NCBI RefSeq assembly: GCF_009914755.1
Contig: NC_060932.1
Length of the DNA: 64,000 nucleotides
Strand: one strand, 5' to 3'
From: the human T2T-CHM13v2.0 reference genome, Homo sapiens
Part shown: positions 61,272 through 64,000 of the stretch, one piece after another
Layout of the letters: each line of letters starts with the position of its first letter
How positions within the stretch are numbered: position 1 is the first letter of the stretch
The notes under the pieces: model-generated
What the model was told of the DNA's origin: nothing
Seen by the model: the letters and a program-made list of their open reading frames with translations, nothing else
Database searches by the model: none
Made by a program: the position numbers and the translations under genes

Positions 61272-62324
61272 TTAGTTGATGCAGTTTCTTCCTAGCCTTG
61301 ATGGTCTTTGCAGTTTGGCATGTTTTTGCAGTGGCTGGTACTGGTTGTTCCTTTCCATGTTCAGTGCTTCCTTCAGGAGCTCTTTTAGGGCAGGCCTGGT
61401 GGTGACCAAATCTCTCAGCATTTGCTTATCTGTAAAGGATTTTATTTCTCCTTCACTCATGAAGCTTAGTTTGGCTGGATATGAAATTCTGGGTTGAAAA
61501 TTCTTGTCTTTAAGAATGTTGAATATTGGCCCCCACTCTCTTCTGGCTTGTAGAGTTTCTGCCGAGAGATCCGCTGTTAGTCTGATGGGCTTCCCTTTGT
61601 GGGTAACCCGACCTTTCTCTCTGGCTGCCCTTAACATTTTTTCCTTCATTTCAACTTTGGTGAATCTGAGAATTATGTGTCTTGGAGTTGCTCTTCTCGA
61701 CGAGTATCTTTGTGGCGTTCTCTGTATTTCCTGAATTTGAATGTTGGCCTGCCTTGCTAGATTGGGGAAGTTCTCCTGGATAATATCCTGCAGAGTGTTT
61801 TCCAACTTGGTTCCATTCTCCCTGTCACTTTCAGGTACACCAATGAGACGTAGATTTGGTCTTTTCACATAGTCCTATATTTCTTGGAGGCTTTGTTCGT
61901 TTCTTTTAATTCTTTTTTCTCTAAACTTCTCTTCTCACTTCATTTCATTCATTTCATCTTCCATCACTGATACCCTTTCTTCCAGTTGATCGAATCGGCT
62001 ACTGAGGCTTGTGCATTCGTCACGTAGTTCTCGTGCTGTGGTTTTCAGCTCCATGAGGTCCTTTAAGGACTTCTCTGCATTGGTTATTCTAGTTAGCCAT
62101 TTGTCTCGTTTTTTTCCAAGATTTTTAACTTCTTTGCCATGGGTTCGAAGTTCCTCCTTTAGCTCGGAGTAGTTTGATCGTCTGAAGCCTTCTTCTCTCA
62201 ACTCGTCAAAGTCACTCTCCGTCCAGCTTTGTTCCGTTGCTGGTGAGGAGCTGTGTTCCTTTGGAGGAGGAGAGGCACTCTGATTTTTAGAGTTTCCAGT
62301 TTTTCTGCTCTGTTTTTTCCCCAT
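61272..62324 (-). pseudogene. L1 ORF1 with a premature TGA at ~61935 and the natural stop mutated
   Basis: ORF fragments 61935..62390 and 61272..61868. Confidence 0.92.
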
Positions 62325-62899
62325 CTTTGTAGTTTTATGTACCTTTGGTCTTTGATGATGGTGACGTACAGATGGGGTTTTGGTGTGCATGTCCTTTGTG
62401 TTTGTTAGTTTTCCTTCTAACAGTCAGGACCCTCAGCTGCAGGTCTGTTGGAGTTTGGTGGAGGTCCACTCCAGACCTTGTTTGCCTGGGTATCAGCAGC
62501 GGAGGCTGCAGAACAGCCAATATTGGTTTATACCAAATGTTGCTGCCTGATCATTCCTCTGGAAGTTTTTGTCTCAGAGGAGTACCTGGCCATGTGAGGT
62601 GTCAGTCTGCCCCTACTGGGGGGTCCCTCCCAGTTAGGCTACTCGAGGGTCAGGGACCCACTTGAGGAGGCAGTGTGTCCGTTCTCAGATCTCCAGCTGC
62701 ATGCTGGGAGAACCACTACTCTCTTCAAAGCTGTCAGACAGGTACATTTAATTCTGCAGAGATTTCTGCTGCGTTTTGTTTGGTTATGCCCTGCCCCCAG
62801 AGGTGAGTCTACAGAGGCAGGCAGGCCTCCTTGAGCTGTGGTGCGCTCCACCCAGTTCCAGCTTCCCTGTGGCTTTGTTTACCTACTCAAGCCTTGGCA

Positions 62900-63163
62900 A
62901 TGGTGGCTGCCCCTCCCGCAGCCTGGCTGCTGCCTTGCAGTTTGATCTCAGACTGCTGTGCTAGCAATGAGCGAGGCTCCGTGGGCGTAGGACTCTCCGA
63001 ACCAGTTGTGGGATATAATCTCCTGGTGTGCCATTTGCTAAGACCGTTAGAAAAGCGCAGTATTAGGGTTGGAGTGACCCGATTTTCCAGGTGCTGTCTG
63101 TCACTCCTTTCTGTGACTAGGAAAGGGAATTCCATGACCCCTTGCACTTCCCGGGTGAGGTGA
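62900..63163 (+). other. L1 ORF0 homologue (87 aa, open) downstream of the L1 antisense promoter
   Basis: MVAAPPAAWLLPCSLISDCCASNERGSVGVGLSEP...RVGVTRFSRC aligns with recalled ORF0 MAGAPPPASLPPCSLISDCCASNQRDSVGVGPSEP; Kozak gcaATGG. Confidence 0.8.
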
Positions 63164-63562
63164 TGCCTCGCCCTGCTTCGGCTTACGCTGGGTGCACTGC
63201 ACCCAGTGTGCTGCACCCTCTGTCCAACACTCCCCAGTGAGATGAACCCAATACCTCAGTTGGAAATGCAGAAATCACCCGTCTTCTGCGTCACTCACGC
63301 TGGGAGCTGTAGACTGGAGCTGTTCCTGTTTGGCCATCTTGGCTCCACCCCTTTCCATATCTATTCAGGTGATCATATGGATTTTGTCTTCCATTCTATT
63401 AACGTGGTGTATCACATTTATTTATTTGCATATGTTGAACCATCTTTGCATCCCAAGGGTAAATCCCACTTGATCATGTGAATGATCCTTTTAATGTGCT
63501 GTTGAATTCAGTTTATTAGTATATTGGTGATTTTTGCATCCTTGTTCATCAAAGATGACATG

Positions 63563-63735
63563 GTAGCTTGGATTACAGGCGCCCGTCACCATGCCCAACT
63601 AATTTTTGTATTTTTAGTAGAGACAGGGTTTCACCGTATTGGCCAGGCTGGTCTTGAACTCCTGACCTCAGTTGATCCACCCACCTCGGCCTCCCAAAGT
63701 GCTGAGATTACAGGTGTGAGCCACTGCACCTGGCC
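63563..63735 (-). mobile_element. Alu fragment lacking its 3' end and tail
   Basis: Begins abruptly at gtagcttggattacaggc. Confidence 0.85.
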
Positions 63736-63869
63736 TGCGGTATTTTCTTTTAGGACATTTAACAGATGTATTTGATTACTGATAAGACTTTCCATATTAA
63801 GTTGATAGTACTTTTTATTCTTGTCTGGGTTTTTATAATTTATTTTATTGGTATCTTCCAAGAAGCATT

Positions 63870-64000
63870 TGCTATGGTTTGAATGTCCTCTCCAAAACTC
63901 TTGTTGAAATTTAATTACCATGGTGACAGTATTAAAATAGGGGACTAATATAGTTTGAGTCTGTGTCCCCGCCCAAATCTCATGTTGAATTGTAATTTCC
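63870..64000 (+). mobile_element. MST LTR 5' end followed by a second MST/THE1 LTR start (runs off the window)
   Basis: tgctatggtttgaatgtcc..aaaactc.tgttgaaa; then atatagtttg..tgtgtccccgcccaaatctcatgttgaattgtaat. Confidence 0.75.

Overview
Human genomic DNA (an AluYa5 with all five diagnostic positions is present) covering the 5' end of SPIDR (KIAA0146, 8q11.21) on the + strand. It has a CpG-island promoter at ~20.0-21.3 kb and coding exons 1-5 (codons 1-175, MPRGSRARGSK...LSELPK), all with GT-AG boundaries; intron 5 runs off the right end. Most of the rest is interspersed repeat: ~40 Alus, old L1M fragments, a full-length inactivated L1PA4-like element (57.2-63.35 kb, antisense), a near-complete Tigger1, a MER11 solo LTR, an ERV1-type solo LTR, and MER21/MLT/MST/MER5/MER20/MIR/L2 pieces. 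The first 1.8 kb is a degenerate telomere-like GGGTCA/GGGTTA hexamer array. No new multi-gene system is evident. The best leads are: (1) a hidden in-frame 75-nt extension of exon 4 with its own donor; (2) an open L1 ORF0 in SPIDR-sense orientation with a phase-0 donor that could fuse to exon 6; (3) a 295-codon non-repeat ORF and an antisense splice donor just upstream of the promoter; (4) a 221-bp local duplication bracketing exon 4; (5) the ancient hexamer array. Gene and repeat-family names come from recall of consensus sequences, not database searches, and repeat boundaries are approximate.
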